This document shows, one piece after another, positions 62,975 to 64,000 of a stretch of 64,000 bases of DNA. The DNA lies in NCBI GenBank assembly GCA_964016885.1, contig OZ024742.1, positions 14,260,001 to 14,324,000 of the forward strand, read 5' to 3'. Each line of letters starts with the position of its first letter. Positions within the stretch are counted from its first letter, which is position 1. Under the pieces are notes generated by a model. The model did no database searches, was not told where the DNA came from, and was given only the letters and a program-made list of their open reading frames with translations. The translations under genes and the position numbers were made by a program. The stretch is from Eledone cirrhosa. Lineage: Eukaryota.

Positions 62975-64000
62975 TAGATATGGTCTGTTGGTGTCACTAG
63001 TGGTTGTGATGGCTAGATAGGGTCTGTTAGTGTCACTAGTGGTTGTGATGGCTTAATAGGGTCTGTTGGTGTCACTAGTGGTTGTGATGGCTTAATAGAG
63101 TCTGTTGGTGTCACTGGAGGTTGTGATGGCTTAATAGGGTCTGTTGGTGTCACTGGAGGTTGTGTTGGCTTAATAGGGTCTGTTGGTGTCCCTGGAGGTT
63201 AGTAGGCTAGATAGGGTCTGTTGGTGTCACTAGTGGTTGTGATGGCTTAATAGCGTCTGTTGGTGTCACTGGAGGTTGTGATGGCTTAATAGGGTCTGTT
63301 GGTGTCACTGGTGGTTGTGATGGCTAGATAGGGTCTGTTGGTGTCACTGGAGGTTGTGATGGCTTAATAGGGTCTGTTGGTGTCACTGGTGCGTGTGATG
63401 GCTTAATAGGGTCTGTTGGTGTCACTGGAGGGTGTGATGGCTTAATAGGGTCTGTTGGTGTCACTGGAGGTTGTGATGGCTTGATAGGGTCTGTTGGTGT
63501 CACTGGAGGTTGTGATGGCTTGATAGGGTCTGTTGGTGTCACTGGAGGTTGTGATGGCTAGATAGGGTCTGTTGGTGTCACTGGGGGTTGTGATGGCTAG
63601 ATAGGGTCTGTTGGTGTCACTGGAGGTTGTGATGGCTAGATAGGGTCTGTTGGTGTCACTGGAGATTGTGATGGCTAGATAGGGTCTGTTGGTGTCACTG
63701 GAGGTTGTGATGGCTAGATAGGGTATGTTGGTGTCACTGGAGGGTGTGATGGCTAGATAGGGTCTGTTGGTGTCACTGGAGATTGTGATGGCTAGATAGG
63801 GTCTGTTGGTGTCACTGGAGGTTGTGATGGCTAGATAGGGTCTGTTGGTGTCACTGGAGGGTGTGATGGCTAGATAGGGTCTGTTAGTGTCACTAGTGGT
63901 TGTGATGGCTTAATAGGGTCTGTTGGTGTCACTGGAGGTTGTGATGGCTTAATAGGGTCTGTTGGTGTCACTGGAGGTTGTGATGGCTTAATAGGGTCTG
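62975..64000. repeat. 39-bp tandem array running off the window
   Basis: Unit gatggcttaatagggtctgttggtgtcactggaggttgt, about 26 copies. Confidence 0.96.

Noticed and set aside
2785-64000. Many array units are multiples of 3 (21, 39, 42, 48, 57, 78)
   Set aside because: Others are not (31, 38, 52, 62). The sample is small and biased by the ORF track, and there is no evidence of coding selection.

Overview
AT-rich, repeat-dense animal genomic DNA. The tRNA-SINE families and (CAT)n-tailed RTE LINEs look coleoid cephalopod or octopus-like, which is an inference. The window lies inside one large plus-strand gene, a SARA/ZFYVE9 (ZFYVE16-family) ortholog. Eleven GT-AG exons between 1788 and 42642 join in frame and encode the FYVE finger, the Smad-binding domain, a PP1 docking motif and the first part of the conserved C-terminal domain; the gene is open at both ends. 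The introns hold young 5'-truncated RTE LINEs with a PHD finger inside the RT region, R4/Dong-like fragments, tRNA SINEs, a decayed mariner, several MITE families, a non-autonomous Helitron and about 15 tandem arrays. The arrays produce most of the long, spurious ORFs. The most notable unexplained signal is at 29694-30146: a non-coding 311-nt unit plus 125 nt of exact terminal redundancy, flanked by a 10-bp target duplication and carrying a type I hammerhead ribozyme on the minus strand. It looks like a retro-integrated circular ribozyme RNA (retrozyme-like). Other hammerhead variants sit in foldback elements. There are also a candidate 3-nt neural microexon and a 60-nt cassette exon between the FYVE and Smad-binding exons.
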